From contig OZ244239.1 in assembly GCA_965217115.1 (NCBI GenBank), forward strand, positions 1,504,001 to 1,568,000: a stretch of DNA of 64,000 nucleotides, in the 5' to 3' direction. This document shows positions 1-10,375 of this stretch, piece after piece. The stretch comes from Bdellovibrionales bacterium (GTDB taxonomy: Bacteria > Bdellovibrionota > Bdellovibrionia > Bdellovibrionales > CAYMLA01). The translations under genes were made by a program, and so were the position numbers. Positions within the stretch are counted from its first letter, which is position 1; each line of letters opens with the position of its first letter. The notes beneath the pieces are model-generated. The model saw only the letters and a list, made by a program, of their open reading frames with translations. It did not search any database and was not told the origin of the DNA.

Positions 1-2
1 TT

Positions 3-695
3 CAGGAGTGGGAGAGAGACGCCAAGATGTTGCGAACCCAAGGGAGGGCTATCCCTTCGGGAAAGCTAAAGCCTGCTGCTGTCGCCGTATTGTCTTTTGT
101 TTTTGTTTTCAGTGGCTTCAATATTTTAGCTCAAGCTTCTTTTAGTGCTGCGTTGGTGGGGCTTGTTTCAGTGGTTCTTTATAATGGTTTTTATACTTTG
201 TGGTGGAAACCTAAGTGGACCTTTGGGGCTGTGCCAGGAGCAATCCCAGGGGCCCTACCTGTTGTGATTGGTTATGCCTCTTCACATCCAGATATTTTCA
301 CGATTGAATGTGTGTATATTTTTTTATTGATGTTTTTATGGCAAATGCCTCATTTTTGGATCATCAGCTTAAAAATAAAAGATCAGTATAAAGAGGCTGG
401 TTTCCCTGTTCTGCCTGTGGTTCTGGGGGAAGAAAAAACGGTCTATTATATTGGGTTGTATCTTTTTCCTTATTTGGGGCTGGCAATGGCAGCTCCTTGG
501 TTTGTAAAGGTGCAGTGGCTCTACATAGGGTTGATCGTTCCTTTTGTGATTAAAATTTTGATAGAGTTTTTTTATTTTTTTAGGAAAGATCAAAAAAATT
601 GGCTTTCATTTTTTATGTGGATCAATGTGAGTTTATTGGTTTTTTTGCTGGTTCCTATATTGGATCGATGGAGTTTTTTGATTATTTCTGATTGA
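3..695 (+). CDS. ctaB: Protoheme IX farnesyltransferase (heme o synthase), 5'-truncated by window edge
   Basis: Frame is open from base 3 (QEWERDAKMLRTQGRAIPSG); YTLWWKP, GAVPGAIPG and LWQMPHFW motifs; multi-TM. Confidence 0.92.
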   Translation, partial: QEWERDAKMLRTQGRAIPSGKLKPAAVAVLSFVFVFSGFNILAQASFSAALVGLVSVVLYNGFYTLWWKPKWTFGAVPGAIPGALPVVIGYASSHPDIFTIECVYIFLLMFLWQMPHFWIISLKIKDQYKEAGFPVLPVVLGEEKTVYYIGLYLFPYLGLAMAAPWFVKVQWLYIGLIVPFVIKILIEFFYFFRKDQKNWLSFFMWINVSLLVFLLVPILDRWSFLIISD

Positions 696-1472
696 GTTTT
701 TATTTTTCCAAAGATTTTTGACCAGTGAATTTTTCAATCCTATTGGAATAGTGCCAAAAAGGCGTTTGAGAGCTTTTGTGTTGACCTGAAAACCTTTGGT
801 TGCGATGAGAGATGATGGAACCATTTCTAAAGAAATTTTCTGTACGGGAGAGTTGGTAAAGATAGCTTCTCCTTTGGGGCTGAGAAGGCTTGTGAATTTT
901 GTTTTTTTAAATTCAGTGAGAACTCGGTAGAGCTTCATCTTTTTGTAGTTTGTGGTGTTTTTTATGTAGGAGGAGCCAGGATAAACTCCAGCGTCTTCTT
1001 CAGCAATGGCGTTGTAGGAGAATCTGAATCCTGGTTTGAGACCATCCTCATCTTTTAGTAGCATGTAGACGAGGAATGAACTTAGAAAAGTTCCCTTGGG
1101 CAGGTCTTTTTTAATGGTTTTTTTTCGACCATTTTCTATAATGATAGCTCGCATTTTATTTTTTGAAAAAACAGCTCGAATTGACTTTGTCGTCTTGTTG
1201 ATAGCACCATTATATTTAAAGAAAAGGGGTTGTAATTTGTTATTGGCGGTGGCCGTGAGACTTTCAGTGACATTTCCAGCAAGAGAGTTGGTTTTTACAT
1301 AGGAAGTCACGCGCCATTGTTTTTTTTTCGGATCAAATTCATAGCGGGAAATGGAAAAGCCGACATGTTTTTTCCCTAATTTAATAGCGGAGTAGCTCTC
1401 TTGTAGGATCGTGGCCAGAGAGAAGGAGGTAATGAAGAAAATGAAAAAAATAAATGTCAAAAAGGGTTTCAT
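633..1472 (-). CDS. Exported hypothetical protein (beta-rich, basic)
   Basis: Likely start MKPFLTFIFFIFF at 1472 gives a signal peptide; long open frame. Confidence 0.7.
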   Translation of the reverse strand: MKPFLTFIFFIFFITSFSLATILQESYSAIKLGKKHVGFSISRYEFDPKKKQWRVTSYVKTNSLAGNVTESLTATANNKLQPLFFKYNGAINKTTKSIRAVFSKNKMRAIIIENGRKKTIKKDLPKGTFLSSFLVYMLLKDEDGLKPGFRFSYNAIAEEDAGVYPGSSYIKNTTNYKKMKLYRVLTEFKKTKFTSLLSPKGEAIFTNSPVQKISLEMVPSSLIATKGFQVNTKALKRLFGTIPIGLKNSLVKNLWKNKNSIRNNQKTPSIQYRNQQKNQ

Positions 1473-1574
1473 CGGTAAAACTCCTAATGGGGCCGGTAGA
1501 GTTAACATGATGACTTTTATGGGAGACATAATCAACTTGGTTTTTAAGCTTTGAAGGACTAGTGTAGGGAGTAG

Positions 1575-3692
1575 ATGGGGTTGATAAAAATACAATGTTT
1601 AAGATCAAAACAAAATAAATGGCTAGGCTCTGAGTCAGGGCAGATATCAATATTTATTGCCTTGATTTTTCAAGTGCTCTTTGTCTTCTTTGCCATGGTG
1701 ATCAATGTGGGTCTCTTGGTTCACCATAAGATCAATCTACAAAATTCAGTGGATTTAGGAGCCTATTATGCCGCTTCTCGTCAGGCAGAGGTTCTTAATG
1801 CCATAGCCCATCAAAATTATCAAATTCGTCAAGCGTGGAAACTTTTAAGCTGGAGATATCGAGTCCTCGGCTCGGTGGGGTTTGCTGATCATCCATCTGA
1901 TCCATATGGAAGTGGAGATGATTCAGACACACTATGGACGAAGTCCCACTTTTTTGATCAACCAACGGGAGTGCCACCTCTCGTTTGTGTGACCCATACC
2001 CCGATGTGGAACAGAGGAGCCAGAGTAGGGAGGCAAAATCCTTGTCGTAAATTTTTTCAAAGTGGCGCCTTTAGAATAGTTCTACCAGCCGCTCCACGAA
2101 GTATTTTCCGTACAATAGGTGACACGCACAACTTAACATTAAACCTTAATGCAAGAGTAACAGAACAATGCCAACAAATGGGCATTGATAATTGGATGAT
2201 GGCCGCTCGTATTTTCCATGATTATAAGAATGATCAGGCTAACCGTAAATCTATTATTTATGCTTTGGCTGATGATTTGGGAAGAAGAAGAGAGGATTTT
2301 ACTGATTTAGATGGAAACTCTGTTGCTGAAGGGGTGAGAAAAACCATTTCTAAAAACCTCACAGATCCCAGTCGTGATGATTTCAATCAATCTAGCCGTC
2401 TTCAAGTTTTAAATGGTTTTGCTGTGGCTGGAGGATGTGAGGGAAGAAATTGGCTCTCTGAAATTAGGGTGGAGCCGACCCTTGCTTACGTAGATTCCGA
2501 ATGTACAAATTCAGGAGTTTTAGGAGCAAATATAAGGTATTTTGATAAACATGTGCATGAATTGCCGACGGAGATTGGGTTTTTAAGTTCTTTAGATCAG
2601 GCTCTGCTGTTGGACTTGCACTCTCAAGTTTCAACCGAACCCAGAACTCCAGGAAGTCCTAACTATTTATTGCATTCATCCCTAGGGGTGGAGAAGAACC
2701 CTTGGTGCATGGCTTATGTGGGAGTTAAAGCTCAGGTGACGCCCAAAATTCCCTTTTCTCCCCTGGGAGATATTACATTGGAAGCACGGGCTTTTGCCAA
2801 GCCTTTTGGAGGTAGAATTGGTCCGTGGTATATGTCGATGTGGCCCAGTGGCTCTGATCAATCTAATGGGGAGGAAATAGATAAACTATTGCCACCGAGG
2901 GTGGTGGGTAACGGTGGTAGCTCTGTTGACCCCAGGCGATGGCCGAATTACTCCCGTTTTCCAGGGGACACATTAGGAGTCAGTTCCAGAGCTGTGTTGA
3001 GTCAATATGGTAGTCAAATAAAAGGAATTAAAATTCGGTACCAAATGCTGGGACCTTTGATTGTTGATGTGAATGACGTTTCAAGTAGCGCTGGAGATGT
3101 ATTGTCGTCATCTGAGTGGGGCACTCTTACAGATGATGATAAAATAGAAGCGAATAAATTGCGCAATTTTGAGATTGCGGCGATATCTCCCGATATTTTT
3201 GACATTACTTATTACTCTATTGATGCGAATTATTCAGGAAATTACTTGATTCGTTTTGGAGATAATATTCATTCGAGTTCAGGGGAAAACCAAACCCCGA
3301 GAGGAGACATTGGTTCTCGGTTACCGAATTTATTTGTAAATGTGTCCCAACAAATAAATGTTTTGAATGGTCTTTTTAACAGCTCTTCTTTAGATAAAGA
3401 CAAACTTTACCATAAAATAACAAGTAAAGATAATTTACTAACAAGCTGGACTCAACTAACACCTAAAGATTACTCACTAAAAAGTGAACTCTTTGGCAAA
3501 TGCCTGTCTCCATCACCATCATCTCCTTTCCCAACGGGCCAGCCACCAAACCCAGGAGACTGCATCTCAGGAGGCCGTACAGGCTATTCAGTAAAACTTG
3601 TTGCCAAAGAATATTTAGAAAGCAAAGACCTCCCCCTAGGCGGAGGCCCAAACAAAGGCCCAATTAAAAACCCCCCCCCCCCTAATTTTTAA
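1575..3692 (+). CDS. Tad/TadG-like pilus-associated protein with large Cys-containing C-terminal region
   Basis: N-terminal SGQISIFIALIFQVLFVFFAMVINVG...KINLQNSVDLGAYYAA fits the Tad pseudopilin N-terminal pattern. Confidence 0.8.
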   Translation: MGLIKIQCLRSKQNKWLGSESGQISIFIALIFQVLFVFFAMVINVGLLVHHKINLQNSVDLGAYYAASRQAEVLNAIAHQNYQIRQAWKLLSWRYRVLGSVGFADHPSDPYGSGDDSDTLWTKSHFFDQPTGVPPLVCVTHTPMWNRGARVGRQNPCRKFFQSGAFRIVLPAAPRSIFRTIGDTHNLTLNLNARVTEQCQQMGIDNWMMAARIFHDYKNDQANRKSIIYALADDLGRRREDFTDLDGNSVAEGVRKTISKNLTDPSRDDFNQSSRLQVLNGFAVAGGCEGRNWLSEIRVEPTLAYVDSECTNSGVLGANIRYFDKHVHELPTEIGFLSSLDQALLLDLHSQVSTEPRTPGSPNYLLHSSLGVEKNPWCMAYVGVKAQVTPKIPFSPLGDITLEARAFAKPFGGRIGPWYMSMWPSGSDQSNGEEIDKLLPPRVVGNGGSSVDPRRWPNYSRFPGDTLGVSSRAVLSQYGSQIKGIKIRYQMLGPLIVDVNDVSSSAGDVLSSSEWGTLTDDDKIEANKLRNFEIAAISPDIFDITYYSIDANYSGNYLIRFGDNIHSSSGENQTPRGDIGSRLPNLFVNVSQQINVLNGLFNSSSLDKDKLYHKITSKDNLLTSWTQLTPKDYSLKSELFGKCLSPSPSSPFPTGQPPNPGDCISGGRTGYSVKLVAKEYLESKDLPLGGGPNKGPIKNPPPPNF

Positions 3693-4008
3693 AACCAAAC
3701 TCTTTTTGTTTTTTAGTTTTTTGTATTTCTCAAGAGTGCTTTCCTTTAACCTATCCCTACACATATCTCTAATGGCTTTTTGCTGCCATTTCTTCCAAGT
3801 GTATGGGGTTTTATTCTCTAGGATTTCATCGAGATCTCTTCTAGAATTATTTTAAGATTCTTAGGCTCTATGTTAAAAAAAATACGAACTAAAGCCATTC
3901 TTTAATCTTAAGAATCTCACTAACTCTCTTTTGGACAATACCAAAAAAACCTATGTTCTTACAAGTTCCTTATTAGATTATAAATTTACATCAACAACTC
4001 TAATCATT

Positions 4009-4911
4009 TTATTCATCATTAAAATAGCTTAGGTCAATTTTTTTCACTTTATAATTAGCAACATCATCAACACCAAGACTATATTCAAACATAAACTCAA
4101 CAAGTTGAACTCCTGATATCAAAATAATTCGATTATCAATGCCTTTAACATATTCTAATGCATCTTTAGAGTAATCAGATGTGGTGATAAATATGCCTTT
4201 CTTAGCTCTCCTGCCTTGTAAAGCTCCTACAAACTTTTGAATTTCTGGCCTACCAACTGTACTGTCCCATCTTTTAGCTTGAATATAAATTACATCAAGC
4301 CCTAGCTTGTCTTCATTAATAACACCATCTATGCCACCATCTCTTGCTTTACCAACAACTTTACCTGCTTCGAGCCTAGAGCCGCCATATCCCATTTTTA
4401 CTATTAAGTCCACAACGAGTTGTTCAAAAAAATTTGGAGAGCATTCTTTTATTGTAAAAAGCATCTCACTGAGAAGCACTTCTTTTAGTTTTGAATACTC
4501 TGACTCAAGTTTTTCTTCAGGGGTCGATAAAATTTCAAGAGATATTTCATTCTCACTCTTTTCTGTGCTTACATCTCTAAAAGCTAAGAACTCAGGGAAT
4601 TTATTTAAATAGTTAACATCAATACTCTTAGGGTTTTCCTCTAAAACCTTTTTCCCACGATCTGTAATCACAAACACTCCATGGGACACTGTCTCTAACA
4701 ACCTAGCTTTCGTTAAATACGTTTTAGCCCAACCCACACGGTTATAAAATATTTTTTGTCCACCAGAGGGCAGCAGTTTATTTTGCTCATCTTCCGTTAA
4801 CTTAAAATTATCAGCCAATTTACTCACAAGTTTTGCTGTTTTCCAGTTCTCCCCATTAGAAGACATATTTAAAACTGGGAGCATTAAAGATTGGTAATCT
4901 GGTATGTTCAT
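4009..4911 (-). CDS. mrr: Mrr type IV restriction endonuclease
   Basis: N-terminal IPDYQSLMLP...NRVGWAKTYLTKA wHTH; catalytic DGGIDG...IQAKRW; GIFITTS. Confidence 0.95.
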   Translation of the reverse strand: MNIPDYQSLMLPVLNMSSNGENWKTAKLVSKLADNFKLTEDEQNKLLPSGGQKIFYNRVGWAKTYLTKARLLETVSHGVFVITDRGKKVLEENPKSIDVNYLNKFPEFLAFRDVSTEKSENEISLEILSTPEEKLESEYSKLKEVLLSEMLFTIKECSPNFFEQLVVDLIVKMGYGGSRLEAGKVVGKARDGGIDGVINEDKLGLDVIYIQAKRWDSTVGRPEIQKFVGALQGRRAKKGIFITTSDYSKDALEYVKGIDNRIILISGVQLVEFMFEYSLGVDDVANYKVKKIDLSYFNDE

Positions 4912-5144
4912 TCATTCCTCCCATTATATATGGTGTCATTTTTCAAATCATTCACAATAGCACCATACTTTCTAACAAAAGACTGACAAATACTATAAGA
5001 AATTTCATAAAGTGAAACTTAAAAAACTCTTCTCAAATTAAAAGTGATAACACTTGAGAATAATTGAATTTTTGAAAATAGCTATAAAAGACTAACGATC
5101 TTTGGCGCCACCACCCGCATGTCTGAACACGGAGATAAAAACCT

Positions 5145-5413
5145 CCGTTATTCCCAGTCATTCCCAATTTTCAGAAAGAGTGTTTCAAAGCTTTTCTTTT
5201 ATCCCTAAATCTCTCAGCCAGTTGCCAACGGCAACCGCCCCCGTTGTTCCCAGTCATTCACAGCTTTCAGACGAGAGTGTTTTAAAGGGGTTTTTATCTC
5301 CAGGTGAGTTCGGATTGGTGCGATGCTCGCAAAGCGAGCGGCGCTGCCACCCGCATGTCTGAACATGGAGATGAAAACCCCTTTAAAACACGCCTCCCTG
5401 CCAAAAGCTATTT
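5145..5413. repeat. 269-bp direct repeat copy 1 (one 96-bp unit plus 115-bp long hairpin)
   Basis: Near-identical to 6389-6657; 26-bp inverted arms at 5277-5302 and 5366-5391. Confidence 0.95.
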
Positions 5414-5609
5414 AGTGTATTAAAAGGACTCAAAACAGCTACATACCATATAATTTTTACCCAGTATCTTTGGCTTTCAAGAGTTGAAAAATAAAAAAAC
5501 TAAGTAATATCAAATAGATACAAACTCGTACCAAGTGGTATAAAAAATGCTCTGCAAGAAGAGATAATATAAATAAATTGTAATAAAAGCACATAACTTA
5601 GGAGTTGAA

Positions 5610-6131
5610 ATGAAAATTTTTATGATTGGGCTGAGCCTATTATTCTCTACAACTGTTTTTGGGTTACTAGAAAATTGTCCAGGGATAGGTTGTCCTGCAC
5701 CTACAACATCGGCACCATTAACTTCAGGGCCAATTTATGAAAGCCAAAAACCTTTTCGAGAGAAAGTAAAAAAACATTTTCAAGAGCAACTTCAAAAACT
5801 TGGTTACTCCATGGAACCTGGGTTTTCTCTTGTTATAAATAATATAGAACGTTCTCATTCTGCTGATGTTCTTGTGCGAAAGGGCACTATAGAGAGTAGT
5901 TTTTTATTAAATAGTAATGAGATTTGTACGAATAGAAGTTTTTTAAATGCCATCTTTTTTTGGTCATATGATGAGTCAAAGTATATAGCTATTAGTCCGT
6001 CTGATTTGGAAGAAAAACTATTATTTAAGTGTTTCAATGTAGAAACTGGAACTCAAAATTCAAGCTCCTTTTTACTTTCTTTTCCTTCTGATGAGGAAAC
6101 ACGTAATTTTCTAACCAAATCTCTTCGTTAA
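5610..6131 (+). CDS. Exported hypothetical protein
   Basis: AGGAG RBS, signal peptide MKIFMIGLSLLFSTTVFG, CPGIGC motif. Confidence 0.8.
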   Translation: MKIFMIGLSLLFSTTVFGLLENCPGIGCPAPTTSAPLTSGPIYESQKPFREKVKKHFQEQLQKLGYSMEPGFSLVINNIERSHSADVLVRKGTIESSFLLNSNEICTNRSFLNAIFFWSYDESKYIAISPSDLEEKLLFKCFNVETGTQNSSSFLLSFPSDEETRNFLTKSLR

Positions 6132-6224
6132 TGAGAGGTCCTTTTTAAACCAAACTCTGTTGACTAGTAGATTTCCCAAGTTTTCACCACTGAGCAGCTG
6201 ACCAACAGCTGCTTCATTTTTTTA

Positions 6225-6657
6225 GAAAAGAGCATTTCAAAGCTTTTCTTTTATCCCTAAATCTCTCAGCCAGTTGCCAACGGCAACCGCCCCCGTTATT
6301 CCCAGTCATTCCCAATTTTCAGAAAGAGTGTTTCAAAGCTTTTCTTTTATCCCTAAATCCCTCAGCCAGTTGCCAACGGCAACCGCCCCCGTTGTTCCCA
6401 GTCATTCCCAATTTTCAGAAAGAGTGTTTCAAAGCTTTTCTTTTATCCCTAAATCCCTCAGCCAGTTGCCAACGGCAACCGCCCCCGTTGTTCCCAGTCA
6501 TTCACAGCTTTCAGACGAGAGTGTTTTAAAGGGGTTTTTATCTCCAGGTGAGTTCGGATTGGTGCGATGCTCGCAAAGCGAGCGGCGCTGCCACCCGCAT
6601 GTCTGAACATGGAGATGAAAACCCCTTTAAAACACGCCTCCCTGCCAAAAGCTATTT
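6225..6657. repeat. Three 96-bp tandem units followed by the 115-bp long hairpin (repeat copy 2)
   Basis: Units start at ~6225, 6321 and 6417; hairpin arms 6521-6546 and 6610-6635. Confidence 0.95.
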
Positions 6658-7152
6658 CTCAATAGTGAGGGAATTAATAAGAACATCCTCAACAGGCCGA
6701 TCCATCTCCCCCGTAGCTATCTTCCCAATAGTTTCGATAATATCCATACCCTCAACAACTTCGCCAAAGATAGAGTGTCGATTATCAAGCCAAGGAGTTG
6801 GAACAAGAGTTATAAAAAACTGACTTCCATTTGTGTTAGGCCCAGAGTTGGCCATTGATAGTAACCCTGATTTACTGTGTTGTAATTCAGGGTGAAATTC
6901 ATCTTCAAATCGATATCCAGGATCACCTGTCCCTTTTCCAAGAGGACAACCTCCTTGAATCATAAAATCACTGATAACTCGGTGAAAAATAAGGCCGTCA
7001 TAAAAAGGAGTGTCTTTTTTTTCTCCTTCAACGGAATACTCTTTACTGCCCTCGGCAAGACCAATGAAATTAGCCACTGTCTTTGGAGTTTTGTCATCAA
7101 AAAGATGAACTTTAAAAGTTCCAGAGGAAGTATTGAAATTAGCGTAGCTCAT
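6652..7152 (-). CDS. Cyclophilin-type peptidyl-prolyl isomerase (cytoplasmic)
   Basis: [41 protein letters not shown]. Confidence 0.96.
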   Translation of the reverse strand: MSYANFNTSSGTFKVHLFDDKTPKTVANFIGLAEGSKEYSVEGEKKDTPFYDGLIFHRVISDFMIQGGCPLGKGTGDPGYRFEDEFHPELQHSKSGLLSMANSGPNTNGSQFFITLVPTPWLDNRHSIFGEVVEGMDIIETIGKIATGEMDRPVEDVLINSLTIEK

Positions 7153-7156
7153 GAAA

Positions 7157-7792
7157 TTACTCCTTTATGATGGTGACGTTACTCATACGTACTGTTTTTA
7201 AAGGTCTGTCGCCTTTTTGTGTTTTCGTTAGGCCTATTTTTTTTACAAGATCCATTCCTTTAATAACTTTTCCAAAGACAGTGTGACGGCCATCGAGCCA
7301 GGGCGTGGGGACGAGTGTGATAAAAAACTGACTTCCATTCGTATTAGGACCAGCATTGGCCATGGAAAGAACTCCAAAGGCGTCGTGTTTTAAGGATGAG
7401 TTGATTTCATCGGAAAAACTGTAACCAGGGCCACCTTGGCCAGACCCTTGTGGATCGCCCCCCTGAATCATAAAATCTTTAATAACTCGGTGAAAAATCA
7501 AGTTATTGTAGAATTTTTTGCCCTTATACTTTGAAGAAACTTTTTTATTTGTTCCTTCGGCGAGGGAGACAAAGTTTTTTACTGTTTTCGGAGCTTTCTT
7601 GTTGAAGAGTTTAATTTTTATTTGTCCGAGTTTTTTCTTTTCTTGAGTGATATCCATAACAGCGTAGATGTTTTTATAAGTTTTTATATTGGTTGTCGCT
7701 TTGGCTTGAGCATGGAAATTTAAATTCACAAGAACAAAGGAAATGACGTAGACAAGAAGGATTTGGTTTATTTTTTTTAACAATGAGGACAT
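7157..7792 (-). CDS. Cyclophilin-type peptidyl-prolyl isomerase (exported)
   Basis: Same cyclophilin motifs plus N-terminal hydrophobic signal; AAGGAG before ATG 7792. Confidence 0.95.
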   Translation of the reverse strand: MSSLLKKINQILLVYVISFVLVNLNFHAQAKATTNIKTYKNIYAVMDITQEKKKLGQIKIKLFNKKAPKTVKNFVSLAEGTNKKVSSKYKGKKFYNNLIFHRVIKDFMIQGGDPQGSGQGGPGYSFSDEINSSLKHDAFGVLSMANAGPNTNGSQFFITLVPTPWLDGRHTVFGKVIKGMDLVKKIGLTKTQKGDRPLKTVRMSNVTIIKE

Positions 7793-7849
7793 AGTAATCT
7801 CCTTAGATGTGAGTGACTCATCGATCATTTGTCGAGAGTGGAGAGCAGG

Positions 7850-10312
7850 CTATACTTTGATTTTGAGGGGGTCAAGGGCATTCAGGAGAGCCTTATTTTC
7901 TTTTAAAATATTTTGAATTTCCAAGGAAAACTCCTCTGGGGAGAGGTTAAAGAATTTGGCAAGATACTGAAAGCTTTGTGATTTTGTGTTTAATAAAGAT
8001 GAAGGTTGTTGAGTGCTAAGTCGATGAAGTTGTTCCGCAGTGCGTAGAAAGTTGTAACCGTGGATGAGCCTTTTAGAGGAATTCTTCCAATCTGAGGACT
8101 CCTTACACAGGGCTTCTAACATGGAGAAAGACGAAGGGGATTTGAAAGGGAGTTGCATCTGCAAAATAGCAATTTGTATATGAAACTCACAATCAACAAT
8201 ACCGCCAGGAGACATCTTAATATCAATTTTATCAGGGCTGTTTTTCTTCAAAAGCTGATAACGAATAGATGAGAGAGCATTGAGATCATCGGGAGTGATT
8301 TTTTTTGCTAAAAGAGTTTCTTGTAAATCAAAATTGAGTTTTTCACTGAGAGATCTAGCTCTTAAGTAGGCCTGACATTGCCATGCTTCGGCAGAGTTCT
8401 CGAAGAAATCTTTTAAATGATCTTCACTGACAAGAAGAGTGTTGTTGCCTCCGTAGGGAGTGAGTCTCATATCAATATCATAAATGGTTCCTCCTCTTTG
8501 AGCGTCTGTCAGGCGTGAAACTAATCGTTTTGCGATTTTATTATCAATAGCCTGAGGTGATCCTGGAGTGACAAGAATGAAGTCAAGATCAGCTTTGAGA
8601 CCAAGTTCTTGCCCACCCCATTTTCCAAGACAAAGAACTTTGAGGTCGCTGTGACCGTACTCTTTTTTGAGAGATGCCAAAAGATGAGTTACGATATTGT
8701 CGGCACAGATGGTTAAAGAAGAGAAGAACTTATCCAGATTTTTATTGCCCAGAAAATGAAAACCTGAAACAAGCTCCGTGATAAGCTTGCGTTCAAGTAA
8801 TTCATCTAAAAGAAGGGCCATGTCATTGGAAAAATTTTTATGGGTTCTGAATAAGAAACTATCCAATAAATCAGGCCTCTGACAGATAATACGACTTAAA
8901 TAAGGGGAGAGGGAGAAGAGATAGCAGAGGTCCTTAATGAGTTGAGGGTGGTGATTAAAGAGAGAAAACAAAGATTCCTTTGCTTTCGTGGAGTCAATAA
9001 AATCAGCTAAGTTAGCTACAGCCAGATCTTTGTTTAAATCCAATTCGGCAGCATGCTCAATGAACTGTTTCAGAAAGTTATTTTGGGTTTTTGGATTTTT
9101 TCTTTTTCGTGAAGATTTTGTTTGGCTTTGTTGTAATCGTTGCCAGTGATGGTCGATCGTGTTTTTTTGAAATCCAAGCTTTTCAAGCCAGATGTTCTGT
9201 CCATCAGGAGAAGATGAGATATTTTGTTGTGGAACAGGTCCAATCACGGACTCAACTCTTTGACTGACAAGAGTCATTTTTGAAACAATATCGTCAAAAG
9301 AGACATTGAATTTCTGGCAGAAGCTCTTTGTAATGAAGTGAGTTTGTTGATCGTTCTCAATTTGAACAAGGTTTTCTAATTGTCGCAAATACCAATAGGT
9401 TTCTGATAAGAATTTTCCAAGTTCTTGTTCAATGAGCTTGTTTTCACTGAGTGCATTAAGAGCGATGGAGGTTTGTTGGTGACGAATTTGTGGTGTTTTG
9501 CCTCCGTGAATAACCAGAAGAGCGTGGGTGAAAAGCTCAATGTCTCTTATTCCTCCAGGATTTAATTTTAGGTTTATTTTTTCTGGATTATTGCTGCGAT
9601 AGTGAATGTGAATTTGTGAGCGTAAATGATGTATACTCTCTAAGAGGGAAAAATCTAGGTGTCGTCGGTAACAGAATTTTTGATTAAAACCTGCAATTTC
9701 TCTCTCTATGTTTTGGCTGCCGCAAATAAAGCGCATGCGTAGCAGAGCGAGTCTTTCCCATGTTTCGCCGTAATTACTGTAGTAATCTGTAAACTGTTGA
9801 GGGGAGGGGATTAAGGGTCCTAATCGTCCTCCTGGTCGAAGGTCAAAGTCCACTCGAAAGATAAAACCAAATTCATTAAAGTCATGGAGAAGGGCTTTGA
9901 AAGTTTTTAAAAAAGGTTCAAATAAATGTGGATCTTTGTCACAAATAAATAGAACATCAATATCAGAACTTAGGTTTAGTTCCCAAGAACCAAGTTTTCC
10001 AAAGGCAAAAAGAGCTAAAGAGTTTTCATTTTTAAAATTAAGCTGTTCACAGGTGATAGTCCAGGCTTCGGTAATAATTTTGTCAGCTTCTTGTGACCAA
10101 TAGAAACAGACCTCTTGTGCTGATGCTTTTTTAAAGAATGTGGCAAAGGCAGAGTTGAGCCAATGGCGGTGACGTTTTATAGATAGTTGATCTTTTTTAG
10201 AGGAAGTCGGTTGTTCACTAAGTCTTAGATAGCGAGCAACGGCAGGCAGCTTGTCTGCAATCAGATCAAGTTGTTCTTGCTCGTACTGTTTTATATCGAG
10301 AATACTATTCAT
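7850..10312 (-). CDS. glnE: Glutamine synthetase adenylyltransferase/adenylyl-removing enzyme
   Basis: Two nucleotidyltransferase motifs, GKLGSWELNLSSDIDVLF and GKWGGQELGLKADLDFI; RVDFDLRPGG; GGIRDIE. Confidence 0.9.
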   Translation of the reverse strand: MNSILDIKQYEQEQLDLIADKLPAVARYLRLSEQPTSSKKDQLSIKRHRHWLNSAFATFFKKASAQEVCFYWSQEADKIITEAWTITCEQLNFKNENSLALFAFGKLGSWELNLSSDIDVLFICDKDPHLFEPFLKTFKALLHDFNEFGFIFRVDFDLRPGGRLGPLIPSPQQFTDYYSNYGETWERLALLRMRFICGSQNIEREIAGFNQKFCYRRHLDFSLLESIHHLRSQIHIHYRSNNPEKINLKLNPGGIRDIELFTHALLVIHGGKTPQIRHQQTSIALNALSENKLIEQELGKFLSETYWYLRQLENLVQIENDQQTHFITKSFCQKFNVSFDDIVSKMTLVSQRVESVIGPVPQQNISSSPDGQNIWLEKLGFQKNTIDHHWQRLQQSQTKSSRKRKNPKTQNNFLKQFIEHAAELDLNKDLAVANLADFIDSTKAKESLFSLFNHHPQLIKDLCYLFSLSPYLSRIICQRPDLLDSFLFRTHKNFSNDMALLLDELLERKLITELVSGFHFLGNKNLDKFFSSLTICADNIVTHLLASLKKEYGHSDLKVLCLGKWGGQELGLKADLDFILVTPGSPQAIDNKIAKRLVSRLTDAQRGGTIYDIDMRLTPYGGNNTLLVSEDHLKDFFENSAEAWQCQAYLRARSLSEKLNFDLQETLLAKKITPDDLNALSSIRYQLLKKNSPDKIDIKMSPGGIVDCEFHIQIAILQMQLPFKSPSSFSMLEALCKESSDWKNSSKRLIHGYNFLRTAEQLHRLSTQQPSSLLNTKSQSFQYLAKFFNLSPEEFSLEIQNILKENKALLNALDPLKIKV

Positions 10313-10375
10313 AGTTAAATTATTTATTGTTAAAGGGATTATTATGTTCTGTAAAGGTTTTGATGGTTGATACTG

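Noticed and set aside
3671..3682. C12 tract as a phase-variation switch
   Set aside because: It lies in the last codons of the gene (NPPPPNF), so slippage would alter only the extreme C-terminus
5277..5391. Integron attC site
   Set aside because: Ends are GTGTTTT...AAAACAC rather than RYYYAAC...GTTRRRY; no integron integrase seen
6225..6512. CRISPR array
   Set aside because: Units repeat in full with no unique spacers; no cas genes in the window
5102..6823. ORFs 5102-5362, 6274-6606 and 6548-6823 (PTATAPV repeats)
   Set aside because: They are translations of the 96-bp and hairpin repeats with weak starts and no RBS; the DNA symmetry explains them better
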